A DNA stretch of 64,000 nt from an uncultured Verrucomicrobiae bacterium. GTDB lineage: Bacteria > Verrucomicrobiota > Verrucomicrobiia > Chthoniobacterales > JAFAMB01. The stretch lies in contig CAWAIK010000001.1 in NCBI GenBank assembly GCA_963782115.1, positions 480,001 through 544,000 on the forward strand. Direction: 5' to 3'. Numbering within the stretch: position 1 is the stretch's first letter; each line of letters begins with the position of its first letter. Positions 24,801 to 34,500 of this stretch are shown here, piece by piece. The translations under genes and the position numbers were made by a program. The notes beneath the pieces were generated by a model, which was not told where the DNA came from, searched no databases, and saw only the letters and a list, made by a program, of their open reading frames with translations.

Positions 24801-25178
24801 TTATTTTTTAGATGGGTTTCCAGTTAGGGTTACAAGGGGTGACTTCCGTAGTTGCCGCTCCACCGAAATAAGTCCCACTGTTTCCAATGCGGTCAGGGCG
24901 CGGGACTTTTGATCTTTTGAGACGCGGAATCCGCGAATTTCCGTAGTCGCCAACCGGACGGGGTTCTCCTGAAAACTCGCGAACCAAAGTCGCACGATGT
25001 TTAAGAGGACCGCCAAGGTCGCATCCTTCTTCTGGGCGCAAAGTCTTTCGAACGCTTCAGCCGGAAAGGTGTAGTGTTTCAGCTCGTTTTTTAGAGAGAG
25101 TTTCACAGGGTCGACGTATTTCTGAAGCCCTTTATCCCACACCAAACGCTTCCCTTCTTCCTTAGCGCGCTTCGTCAT
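24801..25178 (-). CDS. Winged-helix DNA-binding protein
   Basis: VSKDQKSRALTALETVGLISVERQLRKSPLVTL. Confidence 0.65.
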   Translation of the reverse strand: MTKRAKEEGKRLVWDKGLQKYVDPVKLSLKNELKHYTFPAEAFERLCAQKKDATLAVLLNIVRLWFASFQENPVRLATTEIRGFRVSKDQKSRALTALETVGLISVERQLRKSPLVTLTGNPSKK

Positions 25179-25240
25179 TCGACAACCCCCAATGTTGTTG
25201 CAACGCCTGGACGATGTGTTCACGCCAGCGGCTGTTCGCG

Positions 25241-25426
25241 CTAAGGGATGAACTCTTCCCTTTCCGTAACGGAGCTGTAGCCATTATCAAGTTTCCACTC
25301 CAAGCGGATCTTATCGTTGGCCGGGAACCAGAAGGCGTCGATTTCTTTACCGACTATTGAAGCCCAGAACTGGATGCTTCCATCCTTCTTTGGGCTCCAA
25401 CAGAGAGCGTCTTCCTTATTTTCCAT
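25241..25426 (-). CDS. Small hypothetical protein
   Basis: In operon, start overlaps upstream HTH gene. Confidence 0.45.
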   Translation of the reverse strand: MENKEDALCWSPKKDGSIQFWASIVGKEIDAFWFPANDKIRLEWKLDNGYSSVTEREEFIP

Positions 25427-25652
25427 CGTCCGCTCCTTCCTTGCGAAAGTTCTTCAACCACGCCTCTACTTCAGATGCGCGAACGCGAAGGGCTCCTCCC
25501 GGCAACTGAAGCCGAGGGAACGACGGGAACCGCCGCGCCCATGTAGACAATGTGTCCGCGCTCACGTTGAGCGTTTGCGCGATTTCCTCCAGGCGAAGGT
25601 ACTGTTCGCGGGAGCCGTCAATTATGACTTCTGTCACTGATTTTGTACTCAT
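25416..25652 (-). CDS. Second Xis/HTH_17-like protein
   Basis: YLRLEEIAQTLNVSADTLSTWARR...FPRLQLPGGALRVRASEVEAWL. Confidence 0.75.
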   Translation of the reverse strand: MSTKSVTEVIIDGSREQYLRLEEIAQTLNVSADTLSTWARRFPSFPRLQLPGGALRVRASEVEAWLKNFRKEGADDGK

Positions 25653-25904
25653 CACGCGGTAACTACTCGGCTGCGTGAAAGAGCACATTTTCGCCCTAGG
25701 ACGGAAATAATGAGGTCGAATCCCGTGTAACTATGGGAACTTTGTTAAGTGAAATCCGCGAATCCGCCCGAATTTGGCGCGAAAAAAATTTGCAATTCAG
25801 CGAAAATTTTTCCAATTCAGTCGCGAAATCCGAGGAAAATAACCCTCCCCAGCACCAGAATTGACAGCGATCATCAGGCGTGTACAGACCGCGAACTGAA
25901 AGGA

Positions 25905-25970
25905 ACTGTCGCGCCTACCACGACACACTGTCGCGCCTAGTGCGAATGGTGTTTCGCGCCTACCACGACA
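25905..25970. repeat. Iteron-like direct repeats
   Basis: TCGCGCCTACCACGACA at 25909-25925 and 25954-25970; ACTGTCGCGCCTA at 25905 and 25927. Confidence 0.7.
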
Positions 25971-26414
25971 GAAAAAGGCAATCTGTCGCACAAGACGAGA
26001 ATACGGTCCCTATTTGTTATTTTTTTGTTATTCTCGTTTTGTTTTTGTTAAAACAAATAATGAGAGTAGGGGGTAATATCTCCCTGGAAGAAGAGTTTCT
26101 TCTGGAAGTGGGGCATTTCTGGAGCGTTCGTGTCGCCCTCGCTCGACGAGAGCGAAGCGAGCACAAGCGGACGGGGTTATCCTCTGTTTTAGATCCTACC
26201 TCTTCTCGGAAGCCATTGTTTTTCTACGATAGGAGCGACCCCAGCTCTCCAGGCGCTCCGCGCCCTCTACGCGGACGCTGCAGGACGATCGAGGCAGCGC
26301 TCGGGTCGTGCCCGTGCGCCTTCACTGATGTGTGCCGCTGTCGGCTCGCGGAGCGAGCCCTGCAGTTTGGACATTTTCAACGCTTCCTAACAGCGCTAGA
26401 TTTAGATATAGCTT

Positions 26415-27785
26415 TCAGGCCGCAGCGGTTTGAACCATGGAGGGGTAACCAACAACATTTGTTGGCGTGCTCCGCCGGGCCTCAATCTGTTTGCGCAGAA
26501 GTGTCACCGCGTCCTGGCAGGAGGCACGCCTGGCGGCGTCGCGCCACTTTGGGAGCAGTTCATAGTCATTGGTGCGCTTTGGTCCGTAGGTTTCTAAGAC
26601 GCTCAAGAGCATTACGCTGTAGGTTGCAACCATCAATGCCGGGACACGCGGCACGCTTAAATCAGCCCAGACCTGTGCCTGACCCACTCCAAGGATGCTC
26701 TTTTCGTCGCGATGATTGATTTCAATTTGCCAACGATCGAAGTAGGCTTGCAAAAGTTTTTTGGCACTCAACTTGTTATCGTCGCACAACAGGTAGGCTT
26801 CTTCGCGGTAATTGACATTGCCTGCTTTAGTCTTGCGATACGGGACGGGCGCCACGACAAAGAGGCGCAAAAGCCGTCGACCGCCTCCCCGTTGCCAGAG
26901 CACTTGGCTGACTTCCTTGAAGCGGATTCTGCGGTATTTGGAGCCGTGAAAGATTTTGGTCTCTTTCCACGGGATAGTGGAGTCTTTATAGACCGATTCG
27001 GGGCTAAAGAGCTCTGTTCCATAATAGCGACGACCCTGCCCCTGATGGGGAAAACAAAGCCGCAGGTCTTTGCGAGCTCGCGTGATGAGGATAGTGCGAT
27101 CCAAAGGTTGGCGGAAGGTAGTTTTATTGCAGAAGGAGCCGTCGCCCACGGCAATGAGCTCCTTGTCTGCAAAACCATGGGCGTCAAAGTCTTGACGTAG
27201 GTCGCCCAGCATGTCGACAAAGGCCCTGGAGAGGTTATGGGTCTTTTTTGCCTCACGGTAAGCGGCCTTCTGTTGGGTGTTGGCGTTTTTGCCCGGCTTG
27301 CGCACGGGAGTGACTTCCTGAAAACGGATGGGCAGGCCGCGTGGTGAACTTTCTGCATCAAAGTCGTAGAGAGGCGTTAGCAGCGAGGCCTGGAGGAAGC
27401 GCTGGCCCCACATCAGGTTGGTGTGAAAAGGTGGACTGAGAGGATCACGCAGCCAGCGGGCGCTCTTAATTTTTTTGCCTGAGCGTTTGAGCCCGGTGTC
27501 GTCTAAGCCGACGACAATCTGTTTTGAGCAGTATTTGCCGACGGCGCTGTGCACGATCGGGTCAAAAAGAGCGTCTGCATCCCATCGACTGCGGTTGAAG
27601 AGCTTGTAATCGGCGCTCCAGTCCTGATGCTGGCGGTTGTTAAAGCAGATCGCGCGCGTGACGGTGCGACGTCCTAAGCCGCAGAGTAAGCCGAGCGCCA
27701 GTGCGCTGGCCCGCTCACAGGTGCGCTTTTGGCCGAAGGCGGGCGCCCAGCCTTCAAGTAAATGGAGTAAGGTCTCTAAGAGCAT
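26415..27785 (-). CDS. DDE transposase (IS701/IS4-superfamily-like)
   Basis: VVGLDDTGLKRSGK, VGDGSF, YFDRWQIEINHRDEK. Confidence 0.88.
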   Translation of the reverse strand: MLLETLLHLLEGWAPAFGQKRTCERASALALGLLCGLGRRTVTRAICFNNRQHQDWSADYKLFNRSRWDADALFDPIVHSAVGKYCSKQIVVGLDDTGLKRSGKKIKSARWLRDPLSPPFHTNLMWGQRFLQASLLTPLYDFDAESSPRGLPIRFQEVTPVRKPGKNANTQQKAAYREAKKTHNLSRAFVDMLGDLRQDFDAHGFADKELIAVGDGSFCNKTTFRQPLDRTILITRARKDLRLCFPHQGQGRRYYGTELFSPESVYKDSTIPWKETKIFHGSKYRRIRFKEVSQVLWQRGGGRRLLRLFVVAPVPYRKTKAGNVNYREEAYLLCDDNKLSAKKLLQAYFDRWQIEINHRDEKSILGVGQAQVWADLSVPRVPALMVATYSVMLLSVLETYGPKRTNDYELLPKWRDAARRASCQDAVTLLRKQIEARRSTPTNVVGYPSMVQTAAA

Positions 27786-28666
27786 GGTCGCAAGCTCTGG
27801 GTTAGACGCTGGCGAAAGTCCTTGCAGAGCGCCCGCACATAAATGTCTTTGATCGGCACACGAGAAAGCCGAGAGCGATCGTTACGACCACGGCCCTGAG
27901 TTTGGCCCAGCCAGCTCCAGTTGGCCGCTCGATAGCAGGTCCCCCGGAAGCGCTCGCACTCGACAAAGGTCTCGGCCAAGTAGATCGGATGACCGTACTT
28001 GAGCTGCCAATTTGCGGAGAGCATCCAAAGCGAAGCGCTTAACAAATAAGAAGCCAGATTTTTGACTCGCACCCAAGGCAGGATTAAAAAACGCTGGTTG
28101 TTTGCAACGTAGCACAGGTTGGCTTCGCGCTGGGCTCTACTCCAGCCGATGAGCTGGTCACGAACTGCCAGCTTCCACGCCGCGGCTCCGTAAAGCAGGC
28201 AAGCCAAGGGACGAGCGTGACAATCAAAAGCCAAATATTTGATGTTCTCACCAGATGCTCCGCTGTAAGGCAGATAATGATAACGCCACAAAAGCCAATC
28301 AAAGAGAGCTAACTCTTCGGGGCTCTGCGCCGGTAGGATGCTGAGGGGTTCCAACCTCCTGAGCTGGCTTTCGACAGGCTCAACCAGCGGCTGGGCGATG
28401 GGAGCCACTGGGCGAAAAGGGCAGCCGTTATTGGAAGGCTTCTGACGGGCCGGCAAACAGATCAAGCCTTTTTGCTCCAGTTTCAGGAGCAGCGAGCGGC
28501 AGGCCATATCCTTGAGCTGGCCTACGTGATTTCGCCACTGCCACCGTTGTGCAATGTGCACAGAGAGCTTGGTCCGGTTCCAGCCAGGATGAGCGTCAAT
28601 GAGTTGGCGGATCCATTCCAGATCCTTTGCTTCTAACGTACGGCTCTGAATATATAATGACTCCAT
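27776..28666 (-). CDS. DUF4338 (DruA-like) protein
   Basis: W..HVGQLKDMACRSLLLKLE, YHYL, AAWKL..RD..IGW, NNQRFLILPWVRVKNLAS, ETFV...RF.GTCYRAANW..LG.T.GRGR. Confidence 0.85.
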   Translation of the reverse strand: MESLYIQSRTLEAKDLEWIRQLIDAHPGWNRTKLSVHIAQRWQWRNHVGQLKDMACRSLLLKLEQKGLICLPARQKPSNNGCPFRPVAPIAQPLVEPVESQLRRLEPLSILPAQSPEELALFDWLLWRYHYLPYSGASGENIKYLAFDCHARPLACLLYGAAAWKLAVRDQLIGWSRAQREANLCYVANNQRFLILPWVRVKNLASYLLSASLWMLSANWQLKYGHPIYLAETFVECERFRGTCYRAANWSWLGQTQGRGRNDRSRLSRVPIKDIYVRALCKDFRQRLTQSLRPCS

Positions 28667-29446
28667 TTCCGGAAGTCACTACACCGAACGAAATCCCGAG
28701 GCCAGCAAAAAAAACAAAAAACTTTTGCCTAGCGAAAAATCTAAGATTTCACCCGGCTTAACCGTCTCGAAATGTCCAAACTGCAGGGCTCGCGGAGCGA
28801 GCCTTGCGCGGGAACCTTCCTTGCGATACCCCGCCGACTACACCACCACCGGGACGCGCTGGGCCTATGATTTTGAGCCGACGCTCTTACCCGAGTTCCA
28901 AGAGCCCACAAAAGGAAACGCGTTCCCGTTTTATAATAGAGGATGATTGAATTGAAATTCCATCGTTGCAGCTCGAGTGATCCACAAATATGGGGCGTGA
29001 ATTGTCTCACCTGCTGGAGACGGCGCTTGCAAAACAAAGCCGAATGCACTGAGCGTGACGCCGGCGCCGAAAAGACGCGGGCGAAGGAATTCCAGAGCCA
29101 CCGAATTTGAGAACCGCCGCCGCGTTATCCGCCGCAGCGTGGTGGGCCATTCAGTTGATCATGCTGATCAGCGTTACAATTCCGGCTGCAATTCCACGCC
29201 CGGAATTGCCAGGATTTGTCGCCGCGCTCAAACATCGCCGACCAGTTAATCTTACCCGTCCGCCGCGCACCGTTCAAACTCAGGATCGCGTTTCTTTCTC
29301 AACAGGCTACCTATCGTCCAGACGGCAAAAATGCGCCATTTTAGGCACTGCTAACATAGCGAGCGCTTCATCAAAACGTCCTATAAACGATTCTGGATCC
29401 TCCATTTTCTGGAATTTGGCTCGTCGGCGCGCCATGTAACAAAAAT

Positions 29447-29476
29447 GAGCCGCTGGTCCTTCAGCTCCAGCGGCTC
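29447..29476 (-). terminator. Rho-independent terminator
   Basis: GAGCCGCTGG/CCAGCGGCTC stem followed by ATTTTT on minus strand, downstream of 29520..29978. Confidence 0.6.
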
Positions 29477-29519
29477 TGCTAGGATAGTTCGAGCCTTTAT
29501 GTTCTCGCCTCGTTTACAC

Positions 29520-29978
29520 TTAGCCATGGGATTTTTGCCCTTTCGCCTTCTGGCTACTCTTTGTCTGCCCTACGAAGAACACACCGATTATGCCGCTCAG
29601 TAGACCTTGCAGAGGCGCTAGCCACAGACTTGAGATTTTCATCAATTCTAGCGGCTTTATTTGTACAAAATTGACGGCAAACAGTATGCTGACAACGCAA
29701 ATTAAATAAAATGCCGAAAGTCCCAGGCAGAGGTAGTAGGCAAACAAATTTACTTGGACGCCTGAATCTCGTTGCTGAATTGCCTCAACAACGACGGTGC
29801 TAAGAATCAATGTGAGAGTTGGTAAGATTGTCGGAAGTAGCCAGCTCCAAGCGTCAGAGACCCAAGTCCCCCAGGTCCCGGCGATACTTTGCACGATCAG
29901 AATAATCATCGCCAAACCTCCTCCACAGAACCAAAGTATCGCGACGTTTTGCTGACCTTTAGAGAAAGAAATGGGCAT
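29520..29978 (-). CDS. Four-helix membrane protein
   Basis: Four hydrophobic segments; starts 3 nt after upstream gene stop. Confidence 0.7.
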   Translation of the reverse strand: MPISFSKGQQNVAILWFCGGGLAMIILIVQSIAGTWGTWVSDAWSWLLPTILPTLTLILSTVVVEAIQQRDSGVQVNLFAYYLCLGLSAFYLICVVSILFAVNFVQIKPLELMKISSLWLAPLQGLLSGIIGVFFVGQTKSSQKAKGQKSHG

Positions 29979-29981
29979 AAT

Positions 29982-31142
29982 CTACCGTAGCTTGGCTAAA
30001 GCACCCCACAGAGGGGTGCTTTTTAAGTGGGCGGAAGCTGATACATCGCTCGAATCCTTAAAAACCGGGTCATCATTGCGGGTCCTGCGTTCGAATTCGT
30101 AAACATAGGCGATACAATGATAGTCTTTCGTTACCGTGAGATCCGAATCAGATGTTCTCGCCAGAAACTTAGGACCCCCCTCTAGCTTTTTTTCTTGGTC
30201 CTGCGTCATTGGTTCTTCCTTCTCTTGAAATGGCACTCGCGACACAACTAACGCAATCATACGGTAGTGCCCTGCATCAGATTTGAACATTGCCTTCACG
30301 AATGAGGGTATCGAGAAATGCTCATAGCTTGGCAGGTCGAATGACCATCTTCCTGTCGTGACCGGAGTTCCATCAGCGCGTATTTGTTCAATGTGTGTTA
30401 TGATTGCGAATCCGGGTGCATGTTCTTTGTCAAGCCAGAAATAGCTTCTACGCTCGTATCCTGCTTCATCAAATGCTTTGCTAATTCTGTCGGACAATTC
30501 TTTTAACGTTAGTGCTCCATAGGAAAGGTTGAGCGGCAATTCGACAGTAGCTGTAGATTTAGGAGGAAAGAAAATAGGGAGCGTAGGTAGGATAGTCGGA
30601 GTCGGCGTGGTTTGTGCGCTCGGACTCGGGGTAGGTGTGACGCCATTGTCGCCGCTACCAACGTACTCTGCCGAATAAGTGTCAAATTTCGACGAAACTC
30701 CCACCTTCGGTGACTGTTTGACGTCGTAGACGTTATCGCCAACGACGCGTTGGCTTTGCGTATCGTAGATCATCACGGATTTCGCGCCCGTCGAGTTCTT
30801 TTCGCGCACCGTGTCTACTACGATATAGCGATTCTTAACGAGAGCCTTTCTCTCGGGCGACATATTTTGATAGGCGAGATTTGCCCGCGTTTCAGCGGTC
30901 CGTCGCTGCCACTCCGTCGCCTCGTGCTTGGCAATAACGTAAGCAGGTTTGCCAACAACCGCGCCGGTAGCCAAGCCAATTGCTACCGGCTCCGAGCTAC
31001 TTGCTCCTCCGGCTCTCGCGATGCCTCTGGTCAGCGCGCCTGAACCCGCGCCATTAGCGGACAGCGACAGATTTTCACAGCCTGTGAGAACGAGCGCTGC
31101 AGCGAGAGTTCCCAAGGTCAGCCGGGTCAATCGGAGATTCAT
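29982..31142 (-). CDS. Lipoprotein with glycine-zipper N-terminus, PT linker and unknown C-terminal domain
   Basis: MNLRLTRLTLGTLAAALVLTG-C lipobox; GLATGAVVG; TPTPSPSAQTTPTPT linker. Confidence 0.65.
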   Translation of the reverse strand: MNLRLTRLTLGTLAAALVLTGCENLSLSANGAGSGALTRGIARAGGASSSEPVAIGLATGAVVGKPAYVIAKHEATEWQRRTAETRANLAYQNMSPERKALVKNRYIVVDTVREKNSTGAKSVMIYDTQSQRVVGDNVYDVKQSPKVGVSSKFDTYSAEYVGSGDNGVTPTPSPSAQTTPTPTILPTLPIFFPPKSTATVELPLNLSYGALTLKELSDRISKAFDEAGYERRSYFWLDKEHAPGFAIITHIEQIRADGTPVTTGRWSFDLPSYEHFSIPSFVKAMFKSDAGHYRMIALVVSRVPFQEKEEPMTQDQEKKLEGGPKFLARTSDSDLTVTKDYHCIAYVYEFERRTRNDDPVFKDSSDVSASAHLKSTPLWGALAKLR

Positions 31143-31239
31143 AGGCCAATGGACGCTCTGTGAGTAGTAATACCTTAATTCGTCGAAAAGCGCTAACCAA
31201 ATCGGGGGAGGTTCACACCTTGCGTGGGACATCGATTTC

Positions 31240-32074
31240 ACGCTGAGCAAGGTCGTAATTTTGCCAGAACCGGGTTCGCCCAAGATGAGCAGTAAACCCG
31301 TCGCGTCATATATGGAGCGAACACGTTGATCCGCCCGCGACCGCGAACCAATCGCATCAGACACTTCGACAGTGTATTTCCATGGTGCATCAATAAACTC
31401 GTCAACCTGCCTCTTGCCTAAAGAAATCAGCACTTCGTTGTAAAGCGAGTGTTTGAGAACGCCGTCCACCCAATACTCCTTTACTCTGCGGCGAAGAATT
31501 TCGAGTTGCTCTGCTTGCTCTTGATCGGGCGGCTGAGCAAGGGGCGGACGGTCATCTCTCCTTTGTGGCTTGCGAATCGCCAAAACGAACTTTGTGCGAT
31601 GCAGCACCCTCGTCTCTACTTAGGAAGTAATTGAGGCTTAGGTGCTGGCTTCTGACCTGTAATTCCCCAAATCAGTTGCTTGAGCGGATCTAACTCACTT
31701 CCCCGGAAGTCCACGTAATGGATGTTTTTCAACGTCCATGGCAGCTCCGGCGTTGTTTTGGCCGAAGCCAGGATTGTCGGAATGACCGGACATTTCCGCT
31801 TCATGAATTGGTCGAGAAAGGCCTGAATCTCCTCGTTCTGCCAGGGGCCAATACCGCTATTGCCCACAAAAACCGCTGTCGATTTTATGCTTTTTATCTG
31901 CTCTCCAAGCGCCGTTTGCCAGGAGGTTCCGGGCTGAATTTGTTCTTCATCCAGCCACGGTTTGACGCCTTCGCTGACCAACGTCCGACAGATCTCACGA
32001 ACGGCTGGCTTGTCCTCGCTATTGTGGCACAGAAACACATCAAAGATTTCCGCTTTGGAGTCTTGTCCGTTCAC
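31240..32074 (-). pseudogene. TIR-NACHT gene truncated just after Walker A
   Basis: TIR: FDVFLCHNSEDK...GVKPWLDEEQI.PG..WQ...GPWQNEE; then YWVDGVLKHSL and LLILGEPGSGK before sequence switches. Confidence 0.8.
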
Positions 32075-32718
32075 ACAGAGGCAATTCTATAGGGAAAAAT
32101 GCGTCAGCGACAAATCATCTTCGCAGCCTCCGCACTTCAACTTCCTCGCGTTCAGTCATTCCGACATGCAAACAAAAGCGTCCTACGCCCGACCATGATG
32201 TAATCGGTCTGACGCACACACTGCATCTTCAGCATCGCCTCGATCATGGATGCGTTCAACGCAATTGGCACCGCAGCCGAGTGCGCGCCGGTAAAATGCG
32301 CGGCTTTTCCGACCAACCAGGCTTAGGGGCTGCATCCTCGGAAACGAATCGTAGGCCGGATGTGGTCATCGTCCTGCAGCCGGTCCCGACGCGTGGCAAT
32401 GACTTCGCGTGCCGAGCAGACTCGAATGGATCGCGCTGACCTCCGCAGGATCGCCTTTAACAGATCCGACGACATTCCGCCGGGTTAAACCCGCCACTGT
32501 ACCGGAAGCTAAAAGCCGAAATTCATCGTGCGGGACTCAAAAGTACTTATCACCTAAGATGCCTTTCCTGTGAAAGGAAGGCATCGAAAGACAATTAAGA
32601 CGCTCAATGTGGGCTCGCGAGGGGCAACTCTGGCGGCAATGAAAGCAGAAAAGGTCGTCGCAAATGATCACGGCTTGACTGTGGCGAGCGTCATAAACAA
32701 TCGAGATAAAAAACCACA

Positions 32719-33303
32719 ATGAGGTTGCAGATCGCTAAAATATTACCCCTAGCCTTCGCGGATACATTGCGCCGAATCCGCGCAGAGAGAAATGATCCTG
32801 AACACCTAAGTACTTTGCATCTCAGATTCGGCTCCATCTTGAAACAAATTCGCGAAAAGAGGGGGTTTACGATTGAAGGGCTCTCTGTCCTGTCAGGTGT
32901 ACCTGAGGAATTGCTGGAACGAGCTGAGTCGGGCCGGTTTCAAATAACAGACCCGGAAATGAAAGATCTGCGGGACGTTTACTGGACTTTGGAAACGGAC
33001 CAAGCCAGCGATGCCGATTACAAACGCATCGTGGATCAACGCCTAAGTAAGCCGTATCCTAACTTCGGCTCCTCAATGACCCAGATTCGTAACGAGAAGC
33101 AAATTAGCATCGGAGAGCTGTCTCTTATATCTGGGTTGCCTGAGGCTGTTCTGGAAGCAGCTGAGTCGGGTACGCTTGCAATGGAAGATGAAGATCCCAA
33201 AAAAGTACAGAAGGTCTATTGGGCCTTGGCAGCACTGGAAGCCAGCCCCCGCGATTACCGGCGTCTTTTCGCTGAAATGGGAATGAAAGCTAACGAGGAC
33301 TGA
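32719..33303 (+). CDS. Protein with two tandem XRE-HTH repeats
   Basis: FGSILKQIREKRGFTIEGLSVLSGVPEELLERAESG and FGSSMTQIRNEKQISIGELSLISGLPEAVLEAAESG. Confidence 0.75.
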   Translation: MRLQIAKILPLAFADTLRRIRAERNDPEHLSTLHLRFGSILKQIREKRGFTIEGLSVLSGVPEELLERAESGRFQITDPEMKDLRDVYWTLETDQASDADYKRIVDQRLSKPYPNFGSSMTQIRNEKQISIGELSLISGLPEAVLEAAESGTLAMEDEDPKKVQKVYWALAALEASPRDYRRLFAEMGMKANED

Positions 33304-33333
33304 TCCTTGGTCGCGCATTTATCGAACGCTTCA

Positions 33334-33642
33334 TCAACGTAATGATGCGTTAGATTCCTCTAAACGAACGTCATCGAAGTAACAGTTAAGCAGGTCCTGC
33401 ACATCGTACTCGTCATTGATTGTCAGCGTCTGGCGATTCTGGCGGCGGTTTCTGAGTTGTACTGCGACGGCATGGAAATTCTTGCAGACCAGCCTAACGA
33501 TAGTAAGAGGGCTGCTTTCAGCTTTTACCGGATTTTTATGCTCCGCCTGAATCTGGATCTGGCTTAGCAACCGCCGGGACAACTGCCAGAATCCTTTAAC
33601 AACTTCGCAGAGTGTCCCGAATTCTTTGTGATTTCTGACCAC
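33334..33642 (-). pseudogene. Fragment of DpnII/MboI-like PD-(D/E)XK nuclease domain
   Basis: FHAVAVQLRNRRQNRQTLTINDEYDVQDLL...FDDVRLEE, truncated. Confidence 0.6.
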
Positions 33643-33759
33643 AAAATCTCGGGCTTGAACGAAAAAAGCAACGGTGCGGCATCAAAAATGGCAATCCCCA
33701 GATCCCTCACCAATTCCGGATTTACCTTGCATTCGCACTATCACGGCGATTAAAAGGCT

Positions 33760-34494
33760 TTGATGGATGCTCTGCGATTGGCGTGGCTGGTGACGGTGGT
33801 TCTCGTGAGCATCTTGCCCTCGCGTGGTGGCGACAACAAATCAGACCGGCCTTTCGTCAAAATCGGTCGCGAGCAGGCAGAAATTCTGTTGAGGGCAGCG
33901 AAGGATATGTATTCCTTTAAAGTGGAAGCAGGCAAAAAATTTGACGGGCTATACAGTGAATTTAAGGGGCTCGACAATAACAGCTTAGCGGAAAAGGCGA
34001 AACCTGTTTACACCGAGGTGCTTGCCCGAGCTAGCGAAGCGGTCAACCAAACCCAGTTCGAGTTTGATAAAGGGCTGGATACACACAGTAAGCGCGCATC
34101 AGATGTCTTCTTTGGAGACATTCTCGAGAGATACCATGGTACGTCCAGAAGCGTCGAGACAATGACAGGAATCAACATGGTTGAAGTAGGGAAGGCGGTC
34201 CTGTCAGACCTAAATCGCACTGGGAACTTATACCAAATGGTGGCGAACCAAGACAGCCTTAGCTTTAATTTAGAGGTGGTGACAGATCCAGAAGGTGCTG
34301 TGATCAAATATAGGCGTAGAACCGAGGATTTTAAGACATTCGAAGAGCCGTCCAATACAACTATTGAAAATCTTACTGTTGCCAATTGGTGTGTACACGT
34401 CGAACTTGCTGGCTACTTAAGTCAGGAAAAATGGCATGACGCCGCGGACACTACGAACCATAAGGTTGTATTTATTTTCAAGGAGAGCAACTGA
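33760..34494 (+). CDS. Exported protein with PEGA-like C-terminus
   Basis: Signal peptide; LEVVTDPEGAVIKY...VHVELAGY. Confidence 0.6.
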   Translation: MMDALRLAWLVTVVLVSILPSRGGDNKSDRPFVKIGREQAEILLRAAKDMYSFKVEAGKKFDGLYSEFKGLDNNSLAEKAKPVYTEVLARASEAVNQTQFEFDKGLDTHSKRASDVFFGDILERYHGTSRSVETMTGINMVEVGKAVLSDLNRTGNLYQMVANQDSLSFNLEVVTDPEGAVIKYRRRTEDFKTFEEPSNTTIENLTVANWCVHVELAGYLSQEKWHDAADTTNHKVVFIFKESN

Positions 34495-34500
34495 TCTGAG

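Larger units (their letters stand above)
26360..28786 (-). mobile_element. Two-gene insertion sequence (DUF4338-like gene plus DDE transposase)
   Basis: 17-bp terminal inverted repeats CTGCAGTTTGGACATTT; flanking direct repeat GGCTCGCGGAGCGAGCC at 26343-26359 and 28787-28803. Confidence 0.9.

Noticed and set aside
25880..26719. 279-aa plus-strand ORF
   Set aside because: Crosses the IS boundary, runs antisense to the transposase and has no protein-like features
27776..28666. Druantia defence system
   Set aside because: Only a DUF4338 gene, inside IS ends; no DruE helicase or other dru genes
29982..31607. Single 541-aa protein
   Set aside because: Chance in-frame join of a NACHT fragment and a lipoprotein with its own signal peptide at 31142
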